The notes under the pieces: generated by a model
What the model saw: only the letters and a program-made list of their open reading frames with translations
What the model was told of the DNA's origin: nothing
The model's database searches: none
Shown: piece after piece, positions 35,365-45,585 of the stretch
Position numbering within the stretch: the first letter of the stretch is position 1
Layout: every line of letters starts with the position of its first letter
Assembly: GCA_013360745.1 (NCBI GenBank)
Contig: JABWBA010000010.1
Coordinates: forward strand, 646-64,645
Direction of reading: 5' to 3'
DNA from: Chthonomonadales bacterium
Lineage (GTDB): Bacteria; Armatimonadota; Chthonomonadetes; Chthonomonadales; CAJBBX01
Length of the DNA: 64,000 bases
Position numbers and translations under genes: made by a program

Positions 35365-36213
35365 ATGAGCGCCGGAGGCTGGTTCGGACGGCGCGGTCGC
35401 GCACGCGCTATGGACAGCGTACCCGACGGACTCGCCCTGAAGTGCGAAGCCTGCGATGAGATCATCTTCGCCAAAGCGCTTGAGCGGACTCTGCAGGTAT
35501 GTCCCAAGTGCGGCTATCACCGACGTCTGGGAGCTCAGGACCGCCTCGAAGCTACCGTGGACGAGGATAGCTTCGTCGAGATGGATCGGGAGCTCCAGCC
35601 CTCCGACCCGCTCCAGTTTCCCGATTACGCCGACAAGATCCGCCTCGCCCGAGAGAAGACCGGGCTGGACGAAGCGCTGGTCACAGGCCGGGCGTCCATC
35701 GAGGGTATGCAGGTGATGATCGCCGTGTCGGACTTCGGCTTCATGGGCGGATCGATGGGGTCGGTCTACGGCGAAAAGATCACCCGAACCTTCGAGCGCG
35801 CCGCAGACGAACGGCTGCCCGCAGTCGTCTTCAGCGCCTCGGGAGGTGCGCGGATGCAGGAAGGCCTCATAGCGCTGATGCAGATGGCCAAGACCAGCGC
35901 CGCCGTCCAGCGGCTTGCCCGGGCGCGGGTCCCATACATCAGCGTACTGACCAATCCCACCACCGGAGGCGTCTTCGCCAGTTACGCCTCGCTAGCCGAC
36001 GTCACCCTCGCGGAGCCGGGAGCGGTCGTGGGCTTCGCGGGACGGCGGGTGGGCCGCCAGGATCTGGGCGGGCACCTTCCGGCTAACTTCCAGACGAGCG
36101 AGTTTCAGCTCGAACACGGGATGGTCGATCGGATTGTCCCCCGGCGCGATATGCGGGGCGCGCTCGCCTACCTGCTCCGTTTCTTCTCGGATAAGACGGA
36201 CGATGGCAGCTAA
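35365..36213 (+). CDS. accD: Acetyl-CoA carboxylase carboxyltransferase beta subunit
   Basis: C4 zinc finger, FMGGSMG, SGGARMQEG, PTTGGVFAS. Confidence 0.97.
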   Translation: MSAGGWFGRRGRARAMDSVPDGLALKCEACDEIIFAKALERTLQVCPKCGYHRRLGAQDRLEATVDEDSFVEMDRELQPSDPLQFPDYADKIRLAREKTGLDEALVTGRASIEGMQVMIAVSDFGFMGGSMGSVYGEKITRTFERAADERLPAVVFSASGGARMQEGLIALMQMAKTSAAVQRLARARVPYISVLTNPTTGGVFASYASLADVTLAEPGAVVGFAGRRVGRQDLGGHLPANFQTSEFQLEHGMVDRIVPRRDMRGALAYLLRFFSDKTDDGS

Positions 36214-37216
36214 CGGCCTGGAGTTCGAAAAGCCGATCCTCGAGCTCGAAGCGCTCCTCGACGAGCTTCGAAAGCCCGAGAAACGGGAGGAGGCCCGGGC
36301 GCAGGGCATCGATCTTGATGCCGAAGTGGCGCGTCTGGAGGCCGAGCTGCGCAGGGTCATCGAGCAGGTGTTCGCCAACCTGACGCCGTGGGAACAGACC
36401 CTGCTCTCGCGGCACAAACACCGCCCGTACTCCCTCGACTACATCCGACTCGTCTTCGACGACTTCATGGAGCTGGCGGGCGACCGTCGGGCGGCTAACG
36501 ACGAAGCGGTCATCGGCGGGCCGGCCTTTCTGGACGGGGAACCGGTCATGGTCATCGGACAGCAAAAGGGCAGGGACCTCAGGGAGCGCCAGCGCCGGAA
36601 CTTCGGGAGCGCCCACGCCGAAGGATTCCGCAAAAGCCTCCGGTTGGCGCAGATGGCGTCACGGTTCCGCCGACCGCTGATCTCATTCATCGACACCGCA
36701 GCGGCCAGCGCCGATCTGCGCGCCGAAGAGTACGGCGTGAGCGAGGCCATCGCGAGGAATATGGCGGAGTTCTCCGCTCTCGAAACGCCCGTGGTGGTGG
36801 TGATCATCGGCGAAGGGGGCTCCGGCGGCGCCATCGGCCAGGCCGTCGGGGATCGAGCGCTGATGCTCGAACACTCCGTCTACTCGGTCATCCCGCCGGA
36901 AGGGGCTGCGGCCATCCTGTGGCGGGACGCCGCGAAAGCCCCGGATGCAGCGAGCGCTCTGAAGCTCACTGCCGAGGACGCCAGGCGGCTGGGAATCGTC
37001 GATGGAGTGCTGCCCGAGCCGCTCGGCGGGGCGCATCGGGATCACCACGCCGCGGCGGCGACCGTCAAGCGAGCCATCCACAAGGCCCTGAAGGAACTCT
37101 CCCGCTTGCCAGTCGACGAGCTTCTCAGCCGGCGCTATGCGAGGTTTCGTCGGTTTGGCGCATGGACGGAAGGCCCGGGTCACGGGGCAGGCACCGGAGA
37201 GTCGCCCACGCGATAA
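36203..37216 (+). CDS. accA: Acetyl-CoA carboxylase carboxyltransferase alpha subunit
   Basis: LEFEKPI, GDRRAANDEAVIGG, GEGGSGGA, EPLGGAHRD. Overlaps the accD stop. Confidence 0.96.
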   Translation: MAANGLEFEKPILELEALLDELRKPEKREEARAQGIDLDAEVARLEAELRRVIEQVFANLTPWEQTLLSRHKHRPYSLDYIRLVFDDFMELAGDRRAANDEAVIGGPAFLDGEPVMVIGQQKGRDLRERQRRNFGSAHAEGFRKSLRLAQMASRFRRPLISFIDTAAASADLRAEEYGVSEAIARNMAEFSALETPVVVVIIGEGGSGGAIGQAVGDRALMLEHSVYSVIPPEGAAAILWRDAAKAPDAASALKLTAEDARRLGIVDGVLPEPLGGAHRDHHAAAATVKRAIHKALKELSRLPVDELLSRRYARFRRFGAWTEGPGHGAGTGESPTR

Positions 37217-37733
37217 CGGCCCCCACCAACCAGCCTGCCAGGACATCCGTCGGATAGTGGTACCCCAGGTACACCCTTGTGTACCCGATCACCAGCGGCA
37301 GGAGCGCCCATGCCCACCGCTTGCGGCCCTTCGTGAACCACCAGCACACGGCCCCGAGCGCCATCATATTGGCCGAATGGTTGGACGGGAAGGAGGGCGA
37401 GCCGGGACACCGCTCGATGTTCACCACCCTCGGCGCGGTCTCGGGCCGATCGTAGCGGCCGTTGAGCACGCTTCGGCAGGGCCGTTCCACCTTGATGATC
37501 TTCTTCAGAACCCGGCTGCACGCGACGTCGCTCAACCCCACGGCGACGAGCGCGGCGATCACCCAGAGCCGCCCCCGCCGCCCGCCCCACGCCAGCGCAG
37601 CAAGGGCGACGACGCCGAGGACGACGAGGAACCAGACATGCTGATGGGCGCTGGTTAGCGCCGGGAAGACGCGATCGAAGAAGGGATTGGCGGCGCTCCG
37701 GTTCAACAGCGCAAAAAGAGGCGAGATCTCCAC
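37125..37733 (-). CDS. PAP2 family phosphatase
   Basis: KVERP, SFPSNH, RVYLGYHYPTDV. The start codon is uncertain. Confidence 0.9.
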   Translation of the reverse strand: MEISPLFALLNRSAANPFFDRVFPALTSAHQHVWFLVVLGVVALAALAWGGRRGRLWVIAALVAVGLSDVACSRVLKKIIKVERPCRSVLNGRYDRPETAPRVVNIERCPGSPSFPSNHSANMMALGAVCWWFTKGRKRWAWALLPLVIGYTRVYLGYHYPTDVLAGWLVGAVIAWATLRCLPRDPGLPSMRQTDETSHSAG

Positions 37734-37767
37734 AGCCCATACCCCCCGTTTCGAATGCGCGGCCCGA

Positions 37768-38079
37768 TCAGCGAACGATGGTGAACTCGGCGAAGGCGCC
37801 GGTCGGAGTCGACCATTCCTTCTCGATGCCGTCTACCCGGGCTCCGTCCGGCCCCCGACGCGCCCATACTGCCAGAGCCTCCAGCCGGTTCCTCGGGCCT
37901 TCGGCGATGATCTCGACCTCGCCGGAGAAGAGGTTTCGTACGGCGCCCGTCAGCCCCAGCCCTCGCGCGGCCTCGCGAGCGCTTGCCCGGTACCATACGC
38001 CCTGCACCCTGCCGCGCACCAGAATGCGAAGACGCGCCGTTGGCGACGATCCGCAGGCCCGAGGCGCCGATTCATCCAC
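37768..38079 (-). CDS. acyP: Acylphosphatase
   Basis: VRGRVQGVWYR, GAVRNL, VEIIAEG. Confidence 0.93.
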   Translation of the reverse strand: MDESAPRACGSSPTARLRILVRGRVQGVWYRASAREAARGLGLTGAVRNLFSGEVEIIAEGPRNRLEALAVWARRGPDGARVDGIEKEWSTPTGAFAEFTIVR

Positions 38080-38103
38080 GGCGCGTACCTACTCCTGCCG
38101 GAA

Positions 38104-39375
38104 TCATCCCGTCCAGAAAAACCCCACGACGAGCGCAAGGGACAGAGCGATCAACAGAGCGGTCGTCCCAACCGCCACCCAGTTCATGATAGGACCGTTC
38201 GTGTAATCCCCCATGAGACGTTTGTTATTGACAAGGCGAAGCATGAGCACGAGGATGATCGGCAGCAGCATGCCGCCGACGATATTCGCCATGATCATCA
38301 GCATGGTCAGGTGATTGGGAAAGAGCATCACGGTCGCAGCCCCGCCGATGACGAGAAGCGAATAGACTCCGATGAAGAGCGGCGCCTCACGGATCCGCCG
38401 ACCGAGGCCGGACTCCCAGCCCAGGGACTCCGTCAGGGCGTAAGCCGTCGAGAGGGGTACGGCCACGACTCCGAAGCAGCCCGAGTTGAAGAGCCCGATG
38501 GCGAAGAGAACGGTCGCCAGAGTCCCGGCCAGCGGCTTGAGCGCGAGCGCGGCTTTGCCGGCGTCCTCGATCTCATGGACCCCGGCGGCGTAGAGGGTTG
38601 AGCCGCAGCACACCACGATGAAGTAGGCGATCGCGATGGTGAAGAGAGCCCCGCCGTAGACCTCGATGCGGGTGTAGCCGTACTCCTCCGCTTTGATCCC
38701 CTTATCCCGCACGGACGACTGGATGTAGAACTGTCCCCATGGGGTGATCGTCGTACCGATCAGGTTGATCAGGACGAACACGTAATCGTGCACGTTCGGA
38801 AGCCCGCGCAGGCTCGGCGCCACTGTCTCGCGGAGCACCGTCGCCCACGGAGGGTGCGCCAGCCATGCGCTGACCACATAGAGCAGATAGACCGAGGCGG
38901 CCGCGAGGAGGACCCGCTCGACGCCCCGATAGGTCCCCTTCGATACGAGGAGCCACACCACCGCGGCCACCCCGGGCAATACCACGAAGCGGATGTCCGG
39001 TCCGGCGAAGATCCGCACAGCCGCGAGGATACCGGCGAAGTTAGCGACGGTTGTGCAGGCGTTCGCGACGAGGAGGGCCAGCATGGCCACGAGCGTGATT
39101 CGGACCCCGAACTCCTCGCGGATAAGATCGGCGAGGCCCTTGCCGGTGACGGTTCCCATCCGAGCGCCCATCTCCTGGCACACGGCCAGAGCGATCACGC
39201 ATACCGCCAGCGCCCAGAGGAGACGGTACTCATACCGCGCTCCGGCCAGCGAATAGCCCAGGATCCCGGAGGCGTCGTTATCCGCATTCGCTGCGACGAG
39301 CCCTGGCCCCGCAACAGCCAGAAACGCCCAGACCCGGCTGCGATAGAACCGCCGCCGGATCAGGCGGAGAATCAC
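38104..39375 (-). CDS. Nramp-related divalent metal transporter (DNDxxG/TITPW subgroup)
   Basis: GPGLVAANADNDASG, QEMGARMG, GTTITPWGQFY. Lacks the DPGN and MPH motifs of classic MntH. Confidence 0.9.
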   Translation of the reverse strand: MILRLIRRRFYRSRVWAFLAVAGPGLVAANADNDASGILGYSLAGARYEYRLLWALAVCVIALAVCQEMGARMGTVTGKGLADLIREEFGVRITLVAMLALLVANACTTVANFAGILAAVRIFAGPDIRFVVLPGVAAVVWLLVSKGTYRGVERVLLAAASVYLLYVVSAWLAHPPWATVLRETVAPSLRGLPNVHDYVFVLINLIGTTITPWGQFYIQSSVRDKGIKAEEYGYTRIEVYGGALFTIAIAYFIVVCCGSTLYAAGVHEIEDAGKAALALKPLAGTLATVLFAIGLFNSGCFGVVAVPLSTAYALTESLGWESGLGRRIREAPLFIGVYSLLVIGGAATVMLFPNHLTMLMIMANIVGGMLLPIILVLMLRLVNNKRLMGDYTNGPIMNWVAVGTTALLIALSLALVVGFFWTG

Positions 39376-40325
39376 GGCAGACCCGCCGAGGTCACGATGA
39401 GGTCTCCGCCATCACCCCGAGAAAGCATCGTGAACCCGTCGATGTGGCCGTCCCGCTGAAGATCACAACCCGCTTCGGGTCCGAGGATAAACAGGGCCGT
39501 CGAGAGAGCATCGGCTGCGGCTGCCGACCGAGCGACCACCGATACCGTGATCACGGTGTCGGAAGGCCATCCGGTTCGGGGATCGATGATATGACCGTAG
39601 CGCACGCCTTCTGCCTCCACGAACTGATGATAGGCGCCGGATGTGGCCAGCGCGTTATCGGCGATCTCGACCGTCGCCAGGAACTGCCCTCCGACAGGGT
39701 TGCGCACCGTGAGCCGTCGAACGGCCGGATCCGGCGCCGTCCCGACCGCGAGGATCGTGCTCAACCCGCCGTGGAGGAGCGCCCGGGTCACGCCGTAACG
39801 GCGCAGGAGCTCAGCAGCGCAATCGAGAGCATAGCCCTTCCCGACCGCGCCGAGGTTCAGCCGGATTCCGGGCCGCAAAAAGTGTACCAGATCCGTCTCG
39901 GGCTCCAGAGCCACATGCGCCATACCCGACCGGCTCATCGCCTCGGAGATCTCCTCCGCCCCGGCGACCCGGCCCGCGCCCGTATGGAACCCCCAGCAGT
40001 CGAGAAGCGCTCCGACGGCTACGTCGAACGCTCCGCCCGTGATCCTCGTCCATTCCGCACACTGGCTCAGAAGGCCGAACAGACCGGGCTCCACGCGAAC
40101 CGGGCTGTGCGAGGCCCAGGCGTTGAGGCGGGTGATGTCGCTCGTACTCTTGTAGTGGCTCAGCTGCTGATCGAGATCCTCAACGACACCGAGAGCTTCG
40201 CGCGCAACGCCGGCGCACCAGTCTGCATCATCGCCCCAGACGATGGCCTCGAACAGGCAGCCCATCGCGCCGACGCCGACTCGCGCAACGCACCTATGGG
40301 ACGGATCGTCCCCGGATATCCCCAT
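39372..40325 (-). CDS. apbE: FAD:protein FMN transferase (ApbE family)
   Basis: LNLGAVGKGY, LATSG, GHIIDPRTG, ADALSTA. Confidence 0.92.
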   Translation of the reverse strand: MGISGDDPSHRCVARVGVGAMGCLFEAIVWGDDADWCAGVAREALGVVEDLDQQLSHYKSTSDITRLNAWASHSPVRVEPGLFGLLSQCAEWTRITGGAFDVAVGALLDCWGFHTGAGRVAGAEEISEAMSRSGMAHVALEPETDLVHFLRPGIRLNLGAVGKGYALDCAAELLRRYGVTRALLHGGLSTILAVGTAPDPAVRRLTVRNPVGGQFLATVEIADNALATSGAYHQFVEAEGVRYGHIIDPRTGWPSDTVITVSVVARSAAAADALSTALFILGPEAGCDLQRDGHIDGFTMLSRGDGGDLIVTSAGLP

Positions 40326-40567
40326 CGTTTCCCGCTCCTCTCTGGTTTCCATCGACCATCGTACCGGCAATCGACCAGCCCCGCACCCGCAGGATCGCGT
40401 CGTTGTACGCAATCTGGGAGGTTCCGGCAATGAACGGGTATAACCGTCCATGCGCCCCGTTTCTGCGGCGACCACAGAGGCTCCTGCGGCAGGGCCGGGC
40501 GATCAGCGCTTCAGTCCAGCGGCTCCCCAGCCGGCCGACGGATCGGCGCCCATAGAGGAGAACCAAC

Positions 40568-43500
40568 GTGCGTCCATTTCGCACACTCGCAACGATGTTG
40601 TCGTTCGGCGTTGCCGTCCTACCGGCGCTCGGTCAGTCCACGGTAACACTGGCGCTTCGCGCCAAGGTCGGTCAGACCATGCGCTACAAAGGCGAAGGCG
40701 CCCTGACGCTGGAAGCGGCCGGTCAGAAGCTTACGATGGAGATCACGCAGACCGAGAAGGTTAACGTTACCGCCGTATCGAGCGAAGGGAACATCACCGT
40801 CGAGACCCGGACGGAATCCTATGAGATGAGCGTCAACGGAACCAAGGTCCCCGACGAGAGCCGCGACGAGGTCACCACCATCACGGTCCGTCCGAACCGC
40901 ACGCTCGTCGCCTATAAGCGGGATACAGCCGAACCCGATCCGTCCAATCTCTCCGTCCGGCTCTACGCCGCTACCACCCCGGTCCTGCCCGACAAGCCGG
41001 TCGGTGTCGGCAACAAATGGTCCCACACCTACAAAGAGGATACGGATCTCGGTACCCGGGCCGCCCATGCCGATTTCGAGCTGCTGGCCCTGGAGAAGGT
41101 GCAGGGGGTCGACACCGCGAAGATCCGGATGATCTATAAGGAGAGCGCCGGGTCACCGGCCCTTGGGGCGTCGCTAACGGCGTGGATCGAGGTATCGACC
41201 GGCGACACGGTCAAGTCGGAGACCGAGGTGGAGAACGTCCCGTTCGGCGACGGCCCTGCGTCGGCTCTGGCCAACGGCAAGATGCAGGATCAGCGGATCG
41301 AGGGAAATCCCCTCGGCGAGTCGGTACCCGCGTCGACGGGCGCCGACACACCGAAGCCGAAGAAAGAGAAGACCATCGACGAGACGGTCAAGGACTTCGA
41401 GAAGCTGCCCGGCATCTTCACGATCTACCGCAAGCAGGAATCGGGGCGAGATACCATCTATCTGGAGCTGAACAAGGATCAGCTCGGCCGTCTGTTCATG
41501 ATGGAGGTGACCGCCGTGACGGGCACCCCGGACCGACTGGCGGCGGGATCGCCCATCAACGATCTGGTCTTCAAGTTCGAGCGCAAGGACGGTCGGATCT
41601 TTCTCGTGACGCCGAACTACAAGTTTCGAGCCGATGAGGGCACGCCCGTCGCTCGTGCCGTACGGCGCTCCTTCGCGGACGCCTACCTCGAAGCCTTCAA
41701 AATCGAGGCCGAACAGCCGGATCGCAACGGCATCCTCATCAACGTAAGCGACCTGTTCCGCAGCGACATCGCCGAGATCAGCAGCGCCTTTTCGGGCGGT
41801 TCGGGGATCGCGGGTATGACCTCCGGAGGCGGAGCCTCCTACAGTATGGACCGGGACAAAACCTACGTTGAGACCGTCCAGGTGTTCCCGGAGAACCTCG
41901 TCGTCCGATCCGCGTACCATTTCACTAGAAGCGGCAGCGCCCGCAGCGCAGCTGCGGTCCTCGCTGAGGCGCAGAGCCCCCTCGCGGATCCGCGCAGCAT
42001 CCCGCTCAAGGTCTCGTACACGCTCTTTGAGCTCAAGGACACGGGATACAAGCCCCGCCTGGCCGATCCGCGGGTCGGCTACTTCCACACCGAATATCAG
42101 GACTTCTCCAGGGACAGCGCGGACGACAACAAGGTGCGGTTCATCTACCGCTGGCATCTCGAGAAATCGGACCCGAAGGCCGCCGTCTCGACCCCGAAGA
42201 ACCCGATCGTGTTCTGGCTGGACAACGCGATCCCGCTCGAGTACCGGGACGCGGTGCGGCATGGCATCCTCGACTGGAACAAGGCGTTTCTCAAGGCAGG
42301 CTTCAAGGATGCCATCGTCGTCAAGCAGATGCCCGATGACGCCGACTGGGACCATGCCGACATGCGCTACAACACCATCCGCTGGGTGACCTCGCCGGAA
42401 GATGGCTACGCCGTAGCGCTCTTCCGCATCAACCCGCTCACCGGACAGATCCTGAACGCCAACATCACCGTCGATGCGAACATCGTCCGGTATACGAGAC
42501 TTGAGAAACGCCGTATCGTGAACCCGGCGGCCTATTTCGACGATTCGGCCGACGGCCACGATCCCAGAGCCTGCAGCTACGCCTCCATGGCGATGTCGGA
42601 GGCATGGTTCGGCCATCTCGCCGTATCGATGGCGCGGGGCGAATCGCCCGCCCTCAACGAACTGGAGTTCGCCCGGGCGTTCCTCCGGAGCATCGTCACC
42701 CACGAAATGGGGCACATCGTCGGCCTGCGGCATAACTTCATCGCCAGCGCGGCGTTCTCTGCCGATCAGCTCCAGAAGCGGGCGTTCGTCGAACGTGAAG
42801 GCGTCACGGCCTCGGTGATGGACTACACACCCTTCAACATCATGGCCCTGAAGCGGAGCGAAGCGCCGTTCTGGTCCGGTACCGTCGGACGCTACGACAT
42901 CTGGGCGGTGCAGTACGGCTACGAGCCCTCCGGCGCCGCAACGCCGCAGGGCGAGCTCGCCGCGCTCAAGAAGATCGCCTCAAAATGCAACGATACAGGC
43001 CTCGCCTATCAGAGCGATGAGATCGCCGATGGGTTCGATCCCGCCGTTACTCGCTTCGACTTAACGTCCGATCCGCTGGCCTACTGGACCCAGAATCTGC
43101 GCGTGATGCGCTATCTGCTGCTCAACCTCGACAAGCGGGCGCCGAAGCAGGGTGAGAGCTACTGGACGTTCACCCAGCAGATGCAGATGCTCGTCGGCCT
43201 CTACGCGCGCGCCGCAGCCGTATCCTCCCGCTACATCGGCGGCCTGACCGCACGGCGCAACTTCCGCGGCGATCCCGGCGAGAAGCCCGTGCTGGAGCCG
43301 GTACCCGCAGCCCGACAGCGGGACGCCCTCCGCCTGATCAACACCTACATCTTCGCGCCGAACGCCTTCCGGCTGCCGACATCCTATTACGGCAAGCTCA
43401 CGACCGAGCCCTTCCCCGACCTGCTCGCGTCCATCCTGTCGGAGAGCTCGGCGGACTACCCGATCCGGGATACGTTCGCATCGATCCAGGGCGCTGCGCT

Positions 43501-43951
43501 CCGCCGCCTGCTGAGCCCCGCGGTCATGAAACGTATCCTGAACAACGAGTTCAAGACGGCTCAGAGCGCCGATTCCTTCACGCTGTCCGGCTTGTTCGAT
43601 ACGTTGCGCGGGCAGATATGGCTGGAACTCGGCCAGCCCGGCCCCATCGACTCCCTGCGGCGCCAGCTTCAGCGGACTCATCTGGATCTGCTTGGTCAGA
43701 TGGTTGTTCAGCCCGCTGCGGGGACGCCGGAGGATGCGCGGATGCTCGCCTGGCAGAGCCTCAGAGCCCTCAAGCAGCGGCTGCTCAGCGCGAAGCAGAA
43801 GGGCGCACGCGATTCGTATACGAGGATCCATATCGACGAATCGCTGATGCGGGTGAACCGGGCGCTCACCGCGCAGCAGACCGTCGGCCAGCCCGCGGCG
43901 CCATCGACGAACCTCCTGCAGATGCTGCTGGGTGGGAACCGGCCGCTCTGA
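40568..43951 (+). CDS. Secreted zinc metalloprotease (DUF5117/DUF5118/EcxA-like metzincin) with an extra N-terminal domain
   Basis: HEMGHIVGLRHN, Met-turn SVMDY, RLADPRVGYF, signal peptide. Confidence 0.88.
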   Translation: MRPFRTLATMLSFGVAVLPALGQSTVTLALRAKVGQTMRYKGEGALTLEAAGQKLTMEITQTEKVNVTAVSSEGNITVETRTESYEMSVNGTKVPDESRDEVTTITVRPNRTLVAYKRDTAEPDPSNLSVRLYAATTPVLPDKPVGVGNKWSHTYKEDTDLGTRAAHADFELLALEKVQGVDTAKIRMIYKESAGSPALGASLTAWIEVSTGDTVKSETEVENVPFGDGPASALANGKMQDQRIEGNPLGESVPASTGADTPKPKKEKTIDETVKDFEKLPGIFTIYRKQESGRDTIYLELNKDQLGRLFMMEVTAVTGTPDRLAAGSPINDLVFKFERKDGRIFLVTPNYKFRADEGTPVARAVRRSFADAYLEAFKIEAEQPDRNGILINVSDLFRSDIAEISSAFSGGSGIAGMTSGGGASYSMDRDKTYVETVQVFPENLVVRSAYHFTRSGSARSAAAVLAEAQSPLADPRSIPLKVSYTLFELKDTGYKPRLADPRVGYFHTEYQDFSRDSADDNKVRFIYRWHLEKSDPKAAVSTPKNPIVFWLDNAIPLEYRDAVRHGILDWNKAFLKAGFKDAIVVKQMPDDADWDHADMRYNTIRWVTSPEDGYAVALFRINPLTGQILNANITVDANIVRYTRLEKRRIVNPAAYFDDSADGHDPRACSYASMAMSEAWFGHLAVSMARGESPALNELEFARAFLRSIVTHEMGHIVGLRHNFIASAAFSADQLQKRAFVEREGVTASVMDYTPFNIMALKRSEAPFWSGTVGRYDIWAVQYGYEPSGAATPQGELAALKKIASKCNDTGLAYQSDEIADGFDPAVTRFDLTSDPLAYWTQNLRVMRYLLLNLDKRAPKQGESYWTFTQQMQMLVGLYARAAAVSSRYIGGLTARRNFRGDPGEKPVLEPVPAARQRDALRLINTYIFAPNAFRLPTSYYGKLTTEPFPDLLASILSESSADYPIRDTFASIQGAALRRLLSPAVMKRILNNEFKTAQSADSFTLSGLFDTLRGQIWLELGQPGPIDSLRRQLQRTHLDLLGQMVVQPAAGTPEDARMLAWQSLRALKQRLLSAKQKGARDSYTRIHIDESLMRVNRALTAQQTVGQPAAPSTNLLQMLLGGNRPL

Positions 43952-44041
43952 TATTCAGGACCAAGCCCAACGACCGCAGCCGGAACCGATCGGCCCATCA
44001 CGCCACGGACCGGCTGCGGCACGGGACCATAGGAGACCCAG

Positions 44042-45514
44042 ATGTCCGATACCCCGACCCGTAAACCCCGGCGCAAGATCCGGGGCTCTCTGCCAGCCTC
44101 GACGTTCGATACGCCGCCGGTCGTGACCCGGCATACGCTCGATCTCCCTGGGCGAACGCTCGAGTACAGCGCCCATGTCGGCATGATGCCCATGAAGAAC
44201 GACAACGGCGACGCCGAGGCTGGCATCTTCTATATGGCCTACATGCGGGAAGCCGCGCCGGACGGCGCCCCTCGGCCGATCATGTTCTCCTTCAACGGCG
44301 GTCCCGGCTCGGCCTCCGTGTGGCTCCATCTCGGAGCGCTCGGGCCCAAGCGGGTCGCCACCATGGATGGCGGCATGCCCCCGCCGCCGTACGCCGTTAT
44401 TCCCAATGAGCATACATGGCTGGACGAAACCGATCTGGTCTTCATCGACCCTGTCGGGACCGGCTACAGCCGCCCCAAGACGCCGGAGGTGGGTAAGAAG
44501 TACTGGGGCATTAACGGCGATATCGAGTCGATCGCCGAGTTCATTCGGCTGTTCCTGACCCGGTTCCAGCGCTGGTCCTCGCCCATCTTCATCGTCGGCG
44601 AAAGCTACGGCACCACCCGTGCGGCCGGCCTCGCGGGTCACCTGATCAATCGAGGGATCGCGCTCAACGGCATCGTTCTCGTCTCCTCGATCCTCAACTT
44701 TCAGACCGCCCGCTTCGCCAAGGGCAACGACCTCCCCTATATCCTCTTTCTGCCAACGTACACGGCCACCGCGTGGTACCACGGCTGCCTGGCGCCCGAC
44801 CTGCAGAAGGACCTGAAGGCGACCCTGCGCGAGGTGGAAGCCTGGGCCGCGGAGGGCTACGCCACCGCCCTCGCTAAGGGCGATGCCCTTGGCGAAGCGG
44901 AACGCCGCGACGTGATCCAGCGCCTCGCGCGCTACACCGGGCTCTCCGAACAGTACATCGATGAGACCGACCTGCGTGTGCAGATCCATCGCTTCTGCAA
45001 GGAGCTGCTGCGACGCCAGAAGCGGACCGTCGGCCGTCTGGACAGTCGGTTCATGGGCATCGACGCCATCGCGGTTACCGAGGCCCCGGACTATGATCCC
45101 TCCATCGCCGTCATCATGCCCCCCTACACGTCGGCGTTCAACGACTATGTCCGACGCGAGCTCGAGTACCGGACGGATGATGTCTATCAGATCCTCGGAA
45201 CGGGCATCAAGAGCCCCTGGGACTGGGGCTCAGCCGGCGACGGCTATCCGGACACCGCTGACGCGCTTCGCTCCGCCTTTTCCAAGAACCCCCATATGCG
45301 GGTCTTCGTCGCGAGCGGTTATTTCGACCTGGCCACCCCCTACTTCGCGACGGAGTACACCCTGAGCCACATGGGCCTCGATCCGGAGCTGCGGGGCAAC
45401 ATCACGACGGGGTACTACGAAGCCGGCCATATGATGTACGTCCACGGCGAATCGCTGGCGCGCCTGAAGGAGGACGTTAGCCGCTTCGTCGAGGGTTCGG
45501 TTCGGAAAGGCTGA
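44042..45514 (+). CDS. S10 serine carboxypeptidase
   Basis: FNGGPGSAS, GESYG, YEAGHMMY. Confidence 0.95.
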   Translation: MSDTPTRKPRRKIRGSLPASTFDTPPVVTRHTLDLPGRTLEYSAHVGMMPMKNDNGDAEAGIFYMAYMREAAPDGAPRPIMFSFNGGPGSASVWLHLGALGPKRVATMDGGMPPPPYAVIPNEHTWLDETDLVFIDPVGTGYSRPKTPEVGKKYWGINGDIESIAEFIRLFLTRFQRWSSPIFIVGESYGTTRAAGLAGHLINRGIALNGIVLVSSILNFQTARFAKGNDLPYILFLPTYTATAWYHGCLAPDLQKDLKATLREVEAWAAEGYATALAKGDALGEAERRDVIQRLARYTGLSEQYIDETDLRVQIHRFCKELLRRQKRTVGRLDSRFMGIDAIAVTEAPDYDPSIAVIMPPYTSAFNDYVRRELEYRTDDVYQILGTGIKSPWDWGSAGDGYPDTADALRSAFSKNPHMRVFVASGYFDLATPYFATEYTLSHMGLDPELRGNITTGYYEAGHMMYVHGESLARLKEDVSRFVEGSVRKG

Positions 45515-45585
45515 ACGACCGCGCGGTCGCACCTCCGGCGGATCTATTCCGCGCGCTCCCATCGGGTTCCAGCCCGATCTCCCCG

